Shown: piece by piece, positions 49,101-62,100 of the stretch
Numbering within the stretch: position 1 is the first letter of the stretch
Layout: the number at the start of each line of letters is the position of its first letter
Source: Macrostomum hystrix
Lineage: Eukaryota > Animalia > Platyhelminthes
Direction of reading: 5' to 3'
Assembly: GCA_950097015.1 (NCBI GenBank)
Contig: CATNEN010000038.1
Location: 18,166,001-18,230,000 of the forward strand
DNA length: 64,000 nucleotides
Notes under the pieces: model-generated
What the model saw: the letters and a program-made list of their open reading frames with translations, nothing else
The model's database searches: none
What the model was told of the DNA's origin: nothing
Program-made: the position numbers and the translations under genes

Positions 49101-52100
49101 CACCTGTCTGTCTGTATCAATCTCCTACCTGTCTGTCTGTATCAATCTCCTACCGGTCTGTCTGTATCAATCTCCTACCTGTCTGTCCGTATCAATCTCC
49201 TACCTGTCTGTCCACCTGTGTGTCTGTATCAATCTCCTACCTGTATGTCCACCTGTCTGTCTGTCTGTATCAATCTCCTTCCTGTCTGTCCACCTGTCTG
49301 TCTGTATCAATCTCCTACCTGTCTGTCCGTATCAATCTCCTACCTGTCTGTCTGTATCAATCTCCTACCGGTCTGTCTGTATCAATCTCCTACCTGTCTG
49401 TCTGTATCAATCTCCTACCTGTCAGTCCACCTGTCTGTCCGTATCAATCTCCTACCTGTCTGTCCACCTGTCTGTCCGTATCAATCTCCTACCTGTCAGT
49501 CCACCTGTCTGTCTGTATCAATCTCCTACCTGTCAGTCCACCTGTCTGTCCGTATCAATCTCCTACCTGTCTGTCCACCTGTCTGTCCGTATCAATCTCC
49601 TACCTGTCTGTCCACCTGTCTGTCTGTATCAATCTCCTACCTGTCAGTCCACCTGTCTGTCCGTATCAATCTCCTACCTGTCTGTCTGTATCAATCTCCT
49701 ACCTGTCTATCTGTATCAATCTCCTACCTGTCTATCCGTATCAATCTCCTACCTGTCAGTCCACCTGTCTGTCCGTATCAATCTCCTACCTGTCAGTCCA
49801 CCTGTCTGTCCGTATCAATCTCCTACCTGTCTGTCCACCTGTCTGTCTGTATCAATCTCCTACCTGTCAGTCCACCTGTCTGTCTGTATCAATCTCCTAC
49901 CTGTCAGTCCACCTGTCTGTCCGTATCAATCTCCTACCTGTCTGTCCACCTGTCTGTCTGTATCAATCTCCTACCTGTCAGTCCACCTGTCTGTCTGTAT
50001 CAATCTCCTACCTGTCAGTCCACCTGTCTGTCTGTATCAATCTCCTACCTGTCTGTCTGTATCAATCTCCTACCTGTCTGTCTGTATCAATCTCCTACCT
50101 GTCTATCCGTATCAATCTCCTACCTGTCTGTCCACCTGTCTGTCTGTATCAATCTCCTACCTGTCTGTCCACCTGTCTGTCTGTATCAATCTCCTACCTG
50201 TCTGTCCGTATCAATCTCCTACCTGTCTGTCTGTATCAATCTCCTACCTGTCTATCCGTATCAATCTCCTACCTGTCTGTGCACCTGTCTGTCTGTATCA
50301 ATCTCCTACCTGTCAGTCCACCTGTCTGTCCGTATCAATCTCCTACCTGTCTGTCTGTATCAATCTCCTATCTGTCTGTCTGTATCAATCTCCTACCTGT
50401 CTATCCGTATCAATCTCCTACCTGTCTGTCCACCTGTCTGTCTGTATCAATCTCCTACCTGTCAGTCCACCTGTCTATCCGTATCAATCTCCTACCTGTC
50501 TGTCCACCTGTCTGTCTGTATCAATCTCCTACCTGTCAGTCCACCTGTCTGTCCACCTGTCTGTCTGTATCAATCTCCTACCTGTCTGTCCACCTGTCTA
50601 TCCGTATCAATCTCCTACCTGTCTGTCCGTATCAATCTCCTACCTGTCTGTCTGTATCAATCTCCTACCTGTCTATCCGTATCAATCTCCTACCTGTCTG
50701 TCCACCTGTCTGTCTGTATCAATCTCCTACCTGTCAGTCCACCTGTCTGTCTGTATCAATCTCCTACCTGTCTGTCCATCTGTCTTCTATCTCTACATTT
50801 CGGCCTCAAGCTCCGAGTACAGTGTCCCTACTGAGCACAATCACACAATCAATCAATTTAATTTAATCAAATCTAGCCTAATGCCAAGTATTGACACTCG
50901 CTCTCCCAAATCCTGGCCTACGCTGACAGGCTCAATGGCCTATCACGGCCTCACATTCGGCCTGTACGCTGATCAACTGGTGCGACGAATCGACCCGAAG
51001 CGCCGATCAATCGATCAATATTTTCACGAAGAGATTGCCAAACCGGCTAGTGAGTATGGCGATTATATTAATCAAAGTTTTACACCGAAGAGACCTGAAT
51101 TGTGTGTGCCAGCACTGGTTGAGTCACTCTTAGCTTGAAACGTAATGATTGACTTGACTGATTGAATATTGATTATTAATTATTGTTTAGTGGTTAGTGG
51201 TCTGAGTATATTTCAGCCTGTCTGGTTCACAGTTCAGAATTATGTTCAATGTCCCACGAGAATGTTATGCTGGCATGGCTGCCAATAAGGCTAGATTTAA
51301 TTTGCAACTTATTATCGGACTTAGACTAGCGAATTTTCGAGTTTGTACTTTTCATTCTATGTTTTACTCGTACTTTTCCTGTACTTCTTTTAAGAGTTTG
51401 GTTCGACAGTTCGACAGATCTTGACACAGACTTTATGACTGACACTGAATAATTTACTTGTTGTAGGAAAATAAGAGATATGTTAGAGTGGGATAACTGA
51501 GCAGACTGAATGGGATAACTGAGCAGACTGAATGGGATAACTGAGCAGACTGAATGGGATAACTGAGCAGACTGAATGGGATAACTGAGCAGACTGAATG
51601 GGATAACTGAGCAGACTGAATGGGGTAACTGAACAGAATGAATGGGATAACTGAGCAAACTGAATGGGATAACTGAGGTTTTAGCTAAATGACTTAGACT
51701 TTTACCTAGAGTGGCGTCCCCAGTCCATGGACTGGTAAGTGCCTCGCAATAGTTGTGGCTGAGCCATTGTCTGTATATTTGTATAAATGTATGGATTTAA
51801 TTTTATATTCTGCACTTCATATAATCTCAGCGTGAATAGAGATTTCTGAGCAGTGTTAAAATAAAAGTCCTGCATATCCCAATCCCCGACTGTTCCCTCC
51901 CAGACGTGGAAGCCTACATCGGCCTGTCTCGCTACCAATTCTACCGACTGGCTCGAGTGCACTTTTCAATCTTCTGGAATCTACTAGCCCAGCTAGCCAC
52001 GTTCGACTTCGATGCGTTGAATAGCTATCTGAGACCGGGCCTCAGTCGTGCTGGCCACCTGGCCTCCTTCGAAGTGCTTGACACCGATGTGTACCTTTAT

Positions 52101-53255
52101 CGATTGAACGATCCCGAGGTAGCTGCTCTGCCATTTGCCAGCGTCAATCTGGTCACGAACGCTCACAGCCTTGCCCGCCTGTTCTCCCTGATTGCCAATA
52201 ATGGCAGCATTGATGGCAAGCGGATCATTGGCTCTGACACGCTAGCCAGCTTGGCCGATTGGGATCTGGTTGTTGCCACCGACTCTGATCCCGTCACCGG
52301 ACTGGGGCTTAGCTACAATGCCGGCTTCTCTGTTAGACGATCGCCTATCGTGAGTCAATCTATTATTCTCTTTTTTTCTACGAAATTCAGCTACCTCGCT
52401 GTCCTCAAATGGTTTTTTAAGTTCATCTGATTTAAAGATGACGGATTAACCTAGAATCGTTATAGTTTTATTAATGGAATTCAATTGATTTGAGTTTTAT
52501 CCCTTAATCTCCTCCCAAGGAGGAGTTCTTCTCGCGATCAATCAGAGCTCATTTAAGATTATTTAAGCTTTATTGTACTTTTCAAATAATTAAAATAATT
52601 AAAACTATGCACAAGCGTGTCACGCATGATTTTCCATTCCCAGTTTGCTTTGTTTGTGTGCATGCTTGCCTCATGTGATTCTAAGTGCATCCTGTGTGAA
52701 GTGACCCTTGCGTGTCAGTAGTTTCTATTTTTAGACACAAGGCAAAGCGGCTGGGTGGGTGTACAAGCGAAAGATGAGATAAGAGGGTTAAATTTCTAGG
52801 ACAGGGGTAAGAGAATCATACTAGATGGTCAGAGGCGGACCAATCAGAAACCGATGGGAGGAGAGATCATGGACAGAATTAGAGGGTGCAGAACAAAAAA
52901 GGAACGCGAGAAAGACTTTAAGTTCAGATTCTATTTTTAAGCTTCACTTTAGCTTCTCTGTGTAAGATCCGTATAAAAACCCCTTTAAAATCGATATTGT
53001 ACTTTTAAAGTCAATTTTTTAAGATGCGGTAAATTATACATGTGAATTTAACTTTCTCAGGGCTCTACAATGATTGGCCACCTGGGTTTCGGCGGCCAGA
53101 TGGTGTGGTCGGATCCAGAACATTCGGTCACCATCGCTTACCTGACTAACCACCTGCGGCCGTGCAGTCCTAAGCGGGACAAAATTCATTCGCAATTAAT
53201 TAATGCTGTCTACGACGTTATTGCGAAAATCTACGCCAAAAACAAATCTAAATAG
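46150..53255 (+). CDS. Beta-lactamase-fold serine hydrolase (LACT-like), ~439 aa, 5 exons
   Basis: Exons 46150-46602, 47037-47142, 50930-51049, 51904-52349, 53061-53255. N-terminal anchor, SICK (SxxK), FWPEFGQAGKDNITLRQLLSHQAGL, YHGLTFG..LVRRIDPKRRSI, GHLGFGGQ. Confidence 0.92.
46622..46838 (-). mobile_element. SINE copy on the minus strand
   Basis: GCAGCTATTGCG, CAGTCCATGGACTG, GCTGGTAC, CTCAAGGAGACAAAT and ATTCGAAC correspond to the reverse complement of 47600-47815. Confidence 0.7.
46850..46920 (+). mobile_element. tRNA-derived SINE head (unamplified form)
   Basis: GGAGGTTGTAGCCAAGTGGTAAGATCGTCGGAATCACGACTTTAAGGTCGGGGGTTCGATTCCAGACTCCA, with A and B boxes. Confidence 0.75.
47223..47582 (+). 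repeat. 18-bp tandem array (20 units) of the SINE 5' end
   Basis: (GAGAGGTTGTAGCCTTGT)20 runs directly into GGTTAGAGCGTCGG. Confidence 0.95.
47565..47830 (+). mobile_element. tRNA-derived SINE with Deu/Nin-like central domain
   Basis: A-box TAGCCTTGTGG, B-box GGTTCGATTCC, then GTGTCCTTTAGCAAGACACTTAAC..CACCCAGCTGTTAAATAGGTACC. Confidence 0.8.
48665..50785 (+). repeat. Composite 25/37-bp intronic minisatellite
   Basis: ATCAATCTCCTACCTGTCTGTCTGT, with or without a CCACCTGTCTGT insert. Confidence 0.96.
51488..51676 (+). repeat. 22-bp intronic minisatellite
   Basis: Tandem TGGGATAACTGAGCAGACTGAA. Confidence 0.93.
51708..51762 (+). mobile_element. SINE 3' fragment
   Basis: GTGGCGTCCCCAGTCCATGGACTG..GCAATAGTTGTGGCTG matches 47741-47812. 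Confidence 0.65.
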
Positions 53256-54287
53256 GATACCAATCGTTTCTTAAAGGACCATCTTTGAGAATTTTGTTTT
53301 TCGACACCCGTACCAATCGCAAAGCAGTTACGTTTTTATCTAGACTTCTTTTTAATCGAAACGAAATCGCTTTTAATCATATTTATGACGATGCGAGGCT
53401 CTTAAATAGTCGAGTTGTTTCCTAATCTCAAAATTTTCCTAAATCCCCATTTGACAGCGTACAAAGGTTGTTTTATCCCAGTATTTATAACCGGAGGGAC
53501 ACAAATATTAAAATAAAAGGCTGACTTATCTTCAGTTCAAATCTCGCCGCTTTTACATATCATACTACTGAAAATACTCATAGTAGTATGATCGCCAGCA
53601 TGTGTTCTCGCCTGCTCTTTGTTTGCTTGTCTGTTAACTTTGATAGCTTTTTGTGCTTCCAAACGCTAATTAACTTAACAAATAACAATCATGCTTTGTT
53701 TGCTTACAAATTTCTAAGGCTTTTTGAAACATACAGTATGTAATTTTTTGTAATTTCTGATGTAATATTTACCTGCAATCTTTTGTGCCTATAATTGCCT
53801 TTTAAAAATAAACTTATAGTCATTGTTCTTAAAATGCTTCTTAACAGCTTCTTTGTGTCGTTTTTTCTTTCGTTTTTGTTAAGCTCTAGTATCGATTTTA
53901 AGCTAAAGATTGCTCATTTAAAGGTATTTTATGTTTACACTTAAAGTCACATTCTTTAGTGTCGCTAATTGTTAATTAAGCTACGAAATTACAGGTTGGC
54001 ATATTTACTTACACTGTCAGTCACTACACAACCTGACTCACCGCTCCTATCATTAACTATCAAAACACATCATTCACAGCGATGATCACACTTTTAACGA
54101 AGCAACAATAGTCAAGTTTTCCTAACTTTATATTCTCACTACTCTACTGTAGGTAGCACCAATAGTCGCGCGTATTTACCTTGTGCCAAGAGTATGTTTT
54201 AGTCAAGAAGAGCTTTAATGACTCTACAAAGCTGATATTGATAGCCAATCCTATTATGTTGCAAAGTTTTTAGTTAAAACGGCCCAA

Positions 54288-54911
54288 ATGGCTCCGGTGC
54301 GTGACCAACAAAAAAAGCAGTCAAAGCAGATCAACCAGAAAGCTGCTGATGCAGCCTCTGATGCCGCCGACAATCAGGATGACGCCCCAACCGCTGTCTC
54401 ATTCGGCGCCGCTCGCGAGTCTGCTCTGGAGGTCGCCACGCAGCTCCGGAGGCGTCAACAGGTGGCCGCCAGCGGCGACAGCAAGCAGCTGATGCGCGCC
54501 CGACGACGCAACAGGCAGGAGGCTAATCGACTCATGAAGAAGAAGAAGATTGTAGAGCAGACGGACCCGGATGAGCCGGAACTAGATGAAGACAGTGGCG
54601 GTTTGAAACGAAAACCAGCTGAGCCTTTGCCTGAATTCATTCCAATCCGCAGCTTCGCTAAGCAGAAGAAACCGCTAGTGATTACTAGCAGTAGTAGGCG
54701 CGGCCGGTTGCACTTTATTCGAGATCCTGGCCAATTGTATTTGAATACAAAGCGTGATTCAGCTAATGCATTCCTGACTGATCGATTTGACGGCCGTTGC
54801 GGTGTTAGACGCAGCCGAGGCGGTCGCGACGGCGCTCAGGCCTACGCTAAGCTTCACGCCAAGGTGCGCACAGTTAAACGATTGGCTAGCACAGCTGGTA
54901 GGAAACTGTGA
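54288..54911 (+). CDS. NOL7: NOL7-like nucleolar SSU-processome protein, intronless, 207 aa
   Basis: DDAPTAVSFGAAR followed by a basic coiled coil, and C-terminal RDSANAFLTDRFDG..VRR, resemble the NOL7 N-motif (DEAPEELTF) and the NUC129 motif. Recognised from memory. Confidence 0.6.
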   Translation: MAPVRDQQKKQSKQINQKAADAASDAADNQDDAPTAVSFGAARESALEVATQLRRRQQVAASGDSKQLMRARRRNRQEANRLMKKKKIVEQTDPDEPELDEDSGGLKRKPAEPLPEFIPIRSFAKQKKPLVITSSSRRGRLHFIRDPGQLYLNTKRDSANAFLTDRFDGRCGVRRSRGGRDGAQAYAKLHAKVRTVKRLASTAGRKL

Positions 54912-55171
54912 AACTAGCTAATAGACTTAGTGCTTGATATTTACTGACAAATGATGGAATGTGCATTTTTTCTCAATATATGTGTCAACCATAAGTTTGA
55001 GGCAAATTGCTGCTAACATGACCCGTGTTTTTCTTGTTCTTTTTTATGAGACTAGACATTTTGAGCTATAGGAAAAACAATTATTTGCAGAGGCTTAACA
55101 ATAGACCACAGGGGAGGATATGTCAAATATCCACATTTTTCATTATTTTGTTCCTCCCAAAATACCCAAAG

Positions 55172-56135
55172 GTATGTTGACCTCAGCTACAGAAATGTTG
55201 ACCTTAGCTTCTGGTATGTTGACCTTAGCTACAGAAATGTTGACCTTAGCTACAGGAATGTTGACCTTAGCTACAGGTATGTTGACCTTAGCTACAGGAA
55301 TGTTGACCTTAGCTACAGGTATGTTGACCTTAGCTACAGGAATGTTGACCTTAGCTACAGGTATGTTGACCTTAGCTACAGGAATGTTGACCTTAGCTAC
55401 AGAAATGTTGACCTTAGCTACAGGAATGTTGACCTTAGCTACAGGTATGTTGACCTTAGCTACAGGAATGTTGACCTTAGCTACAGGTATGTTGACCTTA
55501 GCTACAGGTGTCTTGACCTTGGCAACAGGACTGTTAACCTTAGCTACAGGACTGTTGACCTTAGCTACAGGACTGTTGACCTTAGCTACAGAAATGTTGA
55601 CCTTAGCTACAGAAATGTTGACCTTAGCTACAGGAATGTTGACCTTAGCTACAGGTATGTTGACCTTAGCTACAGGAATGTTGACCTTAGCTACAGGAAT
55701 GTTGACCTTAGCTACAGGAATGTTGACCTTAGCTACAGGTATGTTGACCTTAGCTACAGGTGTCTTGACCTTGGCAACAGGACTGTTAACCTTAGCTACA
55801 GGACTGTTGACCTTAGCTACAGGACTGTTGACCTTAGCTACAGAAATGTTGACCTTAGCTACAGAAATGTTGACCTTAGCTACAGGTATGTTGACCTTAG
55901 CTACAGGACTGTTGACCTTAGCTACAGAAATGTTGACCTTAGCTACAGAAATGTTGACCTTAGCTACAGGTATGTTGACCTTAGCTACAGGTGTCTTGAC
56001 CTTGGCAACAGGACTGTTGACCTTAGCTACAGGACTGTTGACCTTAGCTACAGGACTGTTGACCTTAGCTACAGAAATGTTGACCTTAGCTACAGAAATG
56101 TTGACCTTAGCTACAGGACTGTTAATCTTAGCTAC
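55172..56135 (+). repeat. 21-bp minisatellite
   Basis: Tandem ATGTTGACCTTAGCTACAGG(A/T). Confidence 0.97.
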
Positions 56136-56193
56136 GAAACAGTTTACCTTAGCAACGATTTGAGGAAAGACCCGTTACCGCTCTAAATTGCAG

Positions 56194-59100
56194 CACTCCC
56201 CCCAGAACAGCAAGCGACCCCGTCGCTCGTCGGCAGCTGAAGTCGCCAGCGCCAGTCCACCAGACGAAGCTGTCAACAACTGGAGCCCGGCACAAGTCTA
56301 CGCTGCTGATACCAATGCAGTTGCCGAATCATCCTCTTCGCGTCGTTGCAGTTCCACGCCCGATGTTCTAGCCGATGTTGAACCCGGCAGGCGAAAGCGC
56401 GGTGGTTCAATCCGATCGCTGTTTCCCGACTTGGACAATAGGGCATTGCTGACTGCGCCCGGCAGCGCCGATCCGGCCGACGATCGGTCGCCGGCGATCG
56501 ACTCCGGAGAAGCCGCGGCCGCCGAAGTCCGAGTGGCCGTCAGGATTCGCCCGTTCTCTCAGCGAGAGCTGGAGCAGCAGCAGCAGCAGTCATCGCCTCC
56601 AACTCCTTGCGTGACCGTGTCGCCTAGCAATCCGACAACGCTAGTGGTCCAGCAGCCTAACTGTGCCAGTCACTGCCAGTCGTTCATATTCGATCACTGC
56701 CTCGACTCAACCAATCCCGGAGCTGATGGATACGCTGATCAGAATCGAGTCTACGAAACCGTGGGCCTACCACTGTTGGGAAAATGCATTAACGGCTACA
56801 ACGCCTGCCTGTTCGCCTACGGCATGACATCGTCTGGCAAGACGCACACGGTGATGGGCGGTCAAGGCTCCGAGGAGCGCGGCCTACTGCCCAGATTCCT
56901 GTGCGACCTGTTCCTGCGCAAAGAGATGCTGGAAGCTGATGGCGAACAGCTTCTGGTCAGTGTTCGCGCTAATATATAAACGCTTGAACACGTTAATGTA
57001 TAACACTTCTCTGCGTTTTTAGGGCCTTTCCAACTTACTTACCACCCATCATTCAGAATCACTTACCACCCACCCGTCATTCAGAATCACTTACCACCCA
57101 CCCGTCATTCAGAATCACTTACCACCCACCCGTCATTCAGAATCACTTACCACCCACCCGTCATTCAGAATCACTTACCACCCAACCGTCACTCAGAATC
57201 ACTTACCACCCACCCGTCATTCAGAATCACTTACCACCCACCCGTCATTCAGAATCACTTACCACCCACCCGTCATTCAGAATCACTTACCACCCACCCG
57301 TCATTCAGAATCACTTACCACCCAACCGTCATTCAGGATCACTTACCACCCACCCGTCATTCAGGATCACTTACCACCCACCCGTCATTCAGAATCACTT
57401 ACCACACAACCGTCATTCAGAATCACTTACCACCCACCCCTCATTCAGAATCACTTACCACCCACCCCTCATTCAGAATCACTTACCACCCACCCGTCAT
57501 TCAGAATCACTTACCACCCACCCCTCATTCAGGATCACTTACCACCCAACCGTCATTCAGAATCACTTACCACCCACCCGTCATTTAGGATCACTTACCA
57601 CCCAACCGTCATTCAGGATCACTTACCACCCACCCGTCATTCAGGATCACTTACCACCCACCCGTCATTCAGGATCACTTACCACCCAACCGTCATTCAG
57701 GATCACTTACCACCCAACCGTCATTCAGGATCACTTACCACCCAACCGTCATTCATGATCCATTATACATCACTCATTCATCATCAGAAGCCACTGAATA
57801 AATAAATATCAGGAATCTCTACTACCAGGTGGATATATCTTACTACGAGATCTACAACGAAAAGATTCACGACCTACTGCGCGCCAGTCACGATAAGAGT
57901 GTACAAAAGGTGCCACTAAAAGTGCGCGAACATCCCACCAAGGGTCCCTACGTTGACGGCCTGTCCGTTTATTCAAACATTCGCAATTATCAAGACATCA
58001 TGACCTGGCTGGCCCTTGGCAACAAGCAGAGAGCCACAGCCAGTACAGACGCCAATCAGACCAGCTCTAGGTCGCACACCGTGTGCACCCTAGGCCTCAA
58101 ACGATTGCGCAATATTGCCGACCAATCAGATCAGTCCTCCGGCCAGCGGGGCGTTCAATTGTGCACCTACAGCAAGGTGAATATTGTTGACTTGGCCGGC
58201 AGCGAGAGACAGAGTCTGGCTGGAACATCTGGGGAGCGTCTGCGCGAGGGCTCGAATATCAATCGCAGCCTGCTAACCTTGGGCAAAGTCATTAGCCTAC
58301 TCAGCGAGAAGTCCACAGCTACAGCTTCAAGTACTTCTGCATCTTCCTCGGCTAAGAAGCCGTCGATTCATCTGCCGTATCGCGACTCCAACCTCACTTT
58401 TATACTGCGCGACAGTCTGGGTGGGAACAGCCAGACTGTCATGATTGCCACCGTGTCACCGGCGCCACAACATCTGGATGAGACTCTGAGCACACTGCGC
58501 TACGCTACTAAGGCTAGGTCGATTGTCAATCTAGTGCGAGTTAATCAGGATGTTAATGACAAGTCTGCCGGCCTGATAAAGAGTGAGTAGTCAATATTCT
58601 GGTCGATTCTGCGTTGTCATTATGGTGGAATTCGCGTCGGGTTAGTTTGGATTGGTCAGTTCAGTAGGATTCTGTCAGTTCAGTAGGATTCTATCAGTTC
58701 AGTAGGATTCTGTCAGTTCAGTAGGATTCTGTCAGTTCAGTAGGATTCTGTCAGTTCAGTACGATTCTGTCAGTCAAGTAGGATTCTGTCAGTCAAGTAG
58801 GATTCTGTCAGTTCAGTAGGATTCTGTCAGTTCAGTAGGATGCTGTCAGTCAAGTAGGATTCTGTCAGTTCAGTAGGATTCTGTCAGTTCAGTAGGATTC
58901 TGTCAGTTCAGTAGGATTCTGTCAGTTCAGTAGGATTCTGTCAGTTCAGTAGGATTCTGTCAGTCAAATAGGATTCTGTCAGTTCAGTAGGATTCTGTCA
59001 GTTCAGTAGGATTCTATCAGTTCAGTAGGATTCTGTCAGTCAAGTAGGATTCTGTCAGTCAAGTAGGATTCTGTCAGTTCAGTAGGATTCTGTCAGTTCA

Positions 59101-62100
59101 GTAGGATTCTGTCAGTCAAATAGGATTCTGTCAGTTCAGTAGGATTATGTCAGTTCAGTAGGATTATGTCAGTTCAGTAGGATTCTGTCAGTTCAGTAGG
59201 ATTCTGTCAGTTCAGTAGGATTCTGTCAGTTCAGTAGGATTATGTCAGTTCAGTAGGATTCTGTCAGTTCAGTAGGATTCTGTCAGTTCAGTAGGATTAT
59301 GTCAGTTCAGTAGGATTATGTCAGTTCAGTAGGATTCTGTCAGTTCAGTAGGATTCTGTCAGTTCAGTAGGATTCTGTCAGTTCAGTAGGATTATGTCAG
59401 TTCAGTAGGATTCTGTCAGTTCAGTAGGATTCTGTCAGTTCAGTAGGATTCTGTCAGTCAAATAGGATTCTGTCAGTTCAGTAGGATTCTGTCAGTTCAG
59501 TAGGATTCTATCAGTTCAGTAGGATTCTGTCAGTCAAGTAGGATTCTGTCAGTCAAGTAGGATTCTGTCAGTTCAGTAGGATTCTGTCAGTTCAGTAGGA
59601 TTCTGTCAGTCAAATAGGATTCTGTCAGTTCAGTAGGATTATGTCAGTTCAGTAGGATTATGTCAGTTCAGTAGGATTCTGTCAGTTCAGTAGGATTCTG
59701 TCAGTCTATTAGGATTCTGTCAGTCTATTAGGATTCTGTCAGTCAAGTAGGATTCTGTCAGTTCAGTAGGATTCTGTCAGTTCAGTAGGATTATGTCAGT
59801 TTAGTAGGATTCTGTCAGTTCAGTAGGATTATGTCAGTCAAATAGGATTCTGTCAGTTCAGTAGGATTATGTCAGTTCAGTAGGATTCTGTCAGTTCAGT
59901 AGGATTCTGTCAGTCTATTAGGATTCTGTCAGTCTATTAGGATTCTGTCAGTCAAGTAGGATTCTGTCAGTTCAGTAGGATTCTGTCAGTTCAGTAGGAT
60001 TATGTCAGTTTAGTAGGATTCTGTCAGTTCAGTAGGATTATGTCAGTCAAATAGGATTCTGTCAGTTCAGTAGGATTATGTCAGTTCAGTAGGATTCTGT
60101 CAGTTCAGTAGGATTCTGTCAGTCTATTAGGATTCTGTCAGTCTATTAGGATTCTGTCAGTCAAGTAGGATTCTGTCAGTTCAGTAGGATTCTGTCAGTT
60201 CAGTAGGATTCTGTCAGTTCAGTAGGATTCTGTCAGTTCAGTAGGATTCTGTCAGTCAAATAGGATTCTGTCAGTTCAGTAGGATTCTGTCAGTTCAGTA
60301 GGATTCTATCAGTTCAGTAGGATTCTGTCAGTCAAGTAGGATTCTGTCAGTCAAGTAGGATTCTGTCAGTTCAGTAGGATTCTGTCAGTTCAGTAGGATT
60401 CTGTCAGTCAAATAGGATTCTGTCAGTTCAGTAGGATTATGTCAGTTCAGTAGGATTATGTCAGTTCAGTAGGATTCTGTCAGTTCAGTAGGATTCTGTC
60501 AGTTCAGTAGGATTATGTCAGTTCAGTAGGATTCTGTCAGTTCAGTAGGATTCTGTCAGTTCAGTAGGATTATGTCAGTTCAGTAGGATTATGTCAGTTC
60601 AGTAGGATTCTGTCAGTTCAGTAGGATTCTGTCAGTTCAGTAGGATTCTGTCAGTTCAGTAGGATTATGTCAGTTCAGTAGGATTCTGTCAGTTCAGTAG
60701 GATTCTGTCAGTTCAGTAGGATTCTGTCAGTCAAATAGGATTCTGTCAGTTCAGTAGGATTATGTCAGTTCAGTAGGATTCTGTCAGTTCAGTAGGATTC
60801 TGTCAGTTCAAAAGGATTCTTCAAGCTCGGTGAGATCGTATCCCACTTTGTTTCCCATTCAAATGCTTGTCGCTTACAGACCTGCAGGCTGATGTGGACC
60901 GTCTACAGGCTGAAGTGGAACGCCTGCGGCAGGAGGCGCAGCAGGCCGCTCTGCTGGCCAACCGGAGAGGGGAGCACGAATTGAACTCGGCCACGCTGAC
61001 ACTGGAGAACCGCCGCCAAGCCCTGGAGAATGCGGCACTTCGGGAGCAGCTTCAGCTGGTCAGGCAGCAGGCTCAGGAGCTGAGCGATTGGCGCCTGAAC
61101 CGTCTGGCCGCTGATGCACAATTGGCTGAGGCCAGGGAGAATTGCCCGGTATTTTTTTATTGCTTGCACTTTCTCATCCAGATCTCACCATTTCTCATCC
61201 AGATGATATACTTGTATGGTTTGTAGTTCTTATTTCTCGTTTCTAATGAAGTATATCCTAATTCAAGGATATCCTAATCAGCAGTTCAAGGATAATGCCT
61301 GTTGTCTAATAATTGAGTCTGTAGTCTGGTTGACTGTTAGAACTTTACATTGGTTTGTTGCTAGCGAGGCTAGGAGTTGGAAGAAGTTAAGGTAGTGGGA
61401 AACGGTTGACTGCTTCGCACTTTCGCATGTTGTATATATAGCATGGTGTTAGGCTGTTATTGGTAGCCTGCGTGTTTAGCAAATCAGCACATAGGAAGCG
61501 ATGTGTTGGAGAGATTAGGCTAGAACGCATTTGGTGTGAGTAGCTACATCTCACAGATCTCACCATTTCTCATCCAGATCTCACAGTTCTCATCCAGATC
61601 TCACCATTTCTCATCTAGATCTCGCCATTTCTCATCCAGTTCTCACTATTTCTCAACCAGATCTCACAGTTCTCATCTAGATCTCACTATTTCTCATTCC
61701 GATCTCACAATTTATCATCCAGATCTTACAGTTCTCATCCAGATCTTACAGTTCTCATCCAGATCTCACAGTTCTCATCCAGATCTCACAGTTCTCATCC
61801 AGATCTCACAGTTCTCATCCAGATCTCACAGTTCTCATCCAGATCTTACAGTTCTCATCCAGATCTTACAGTTCTCATCCAGATCTTACAGTTCTCATCC
61901 AGATCTTACAGTTCTCATCCAGATCTTACAGTTCTCATCCAGATCTCACAGTTCTCATCCAGATCTCACAGTTCTCATCCAGATCTCACAGTTCTCATCC
62001 AGATCTTACAGTTCTCATCCAGATCTTACAGTTCTCATCCAGATCTCACTATTTCTCATTCCGATCTCACAATTTATCATCCAGATCTCACTATCTCTCG

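Noticed and set aside
48436-51138. 900-aa ORF
   Set aside because: Mostly translated minisatellite; only 50930-51049 is a real exon of the beta-lactamase-like gene.
54288-56193. The 54288 ORF as the spliced N-terminus of the kinesin
   Set aside because: A phase-0 donor exists at ~54863, but the ORF looks like a complete NOL7-like protein with its own stop; there is no positive evidence for fusion.
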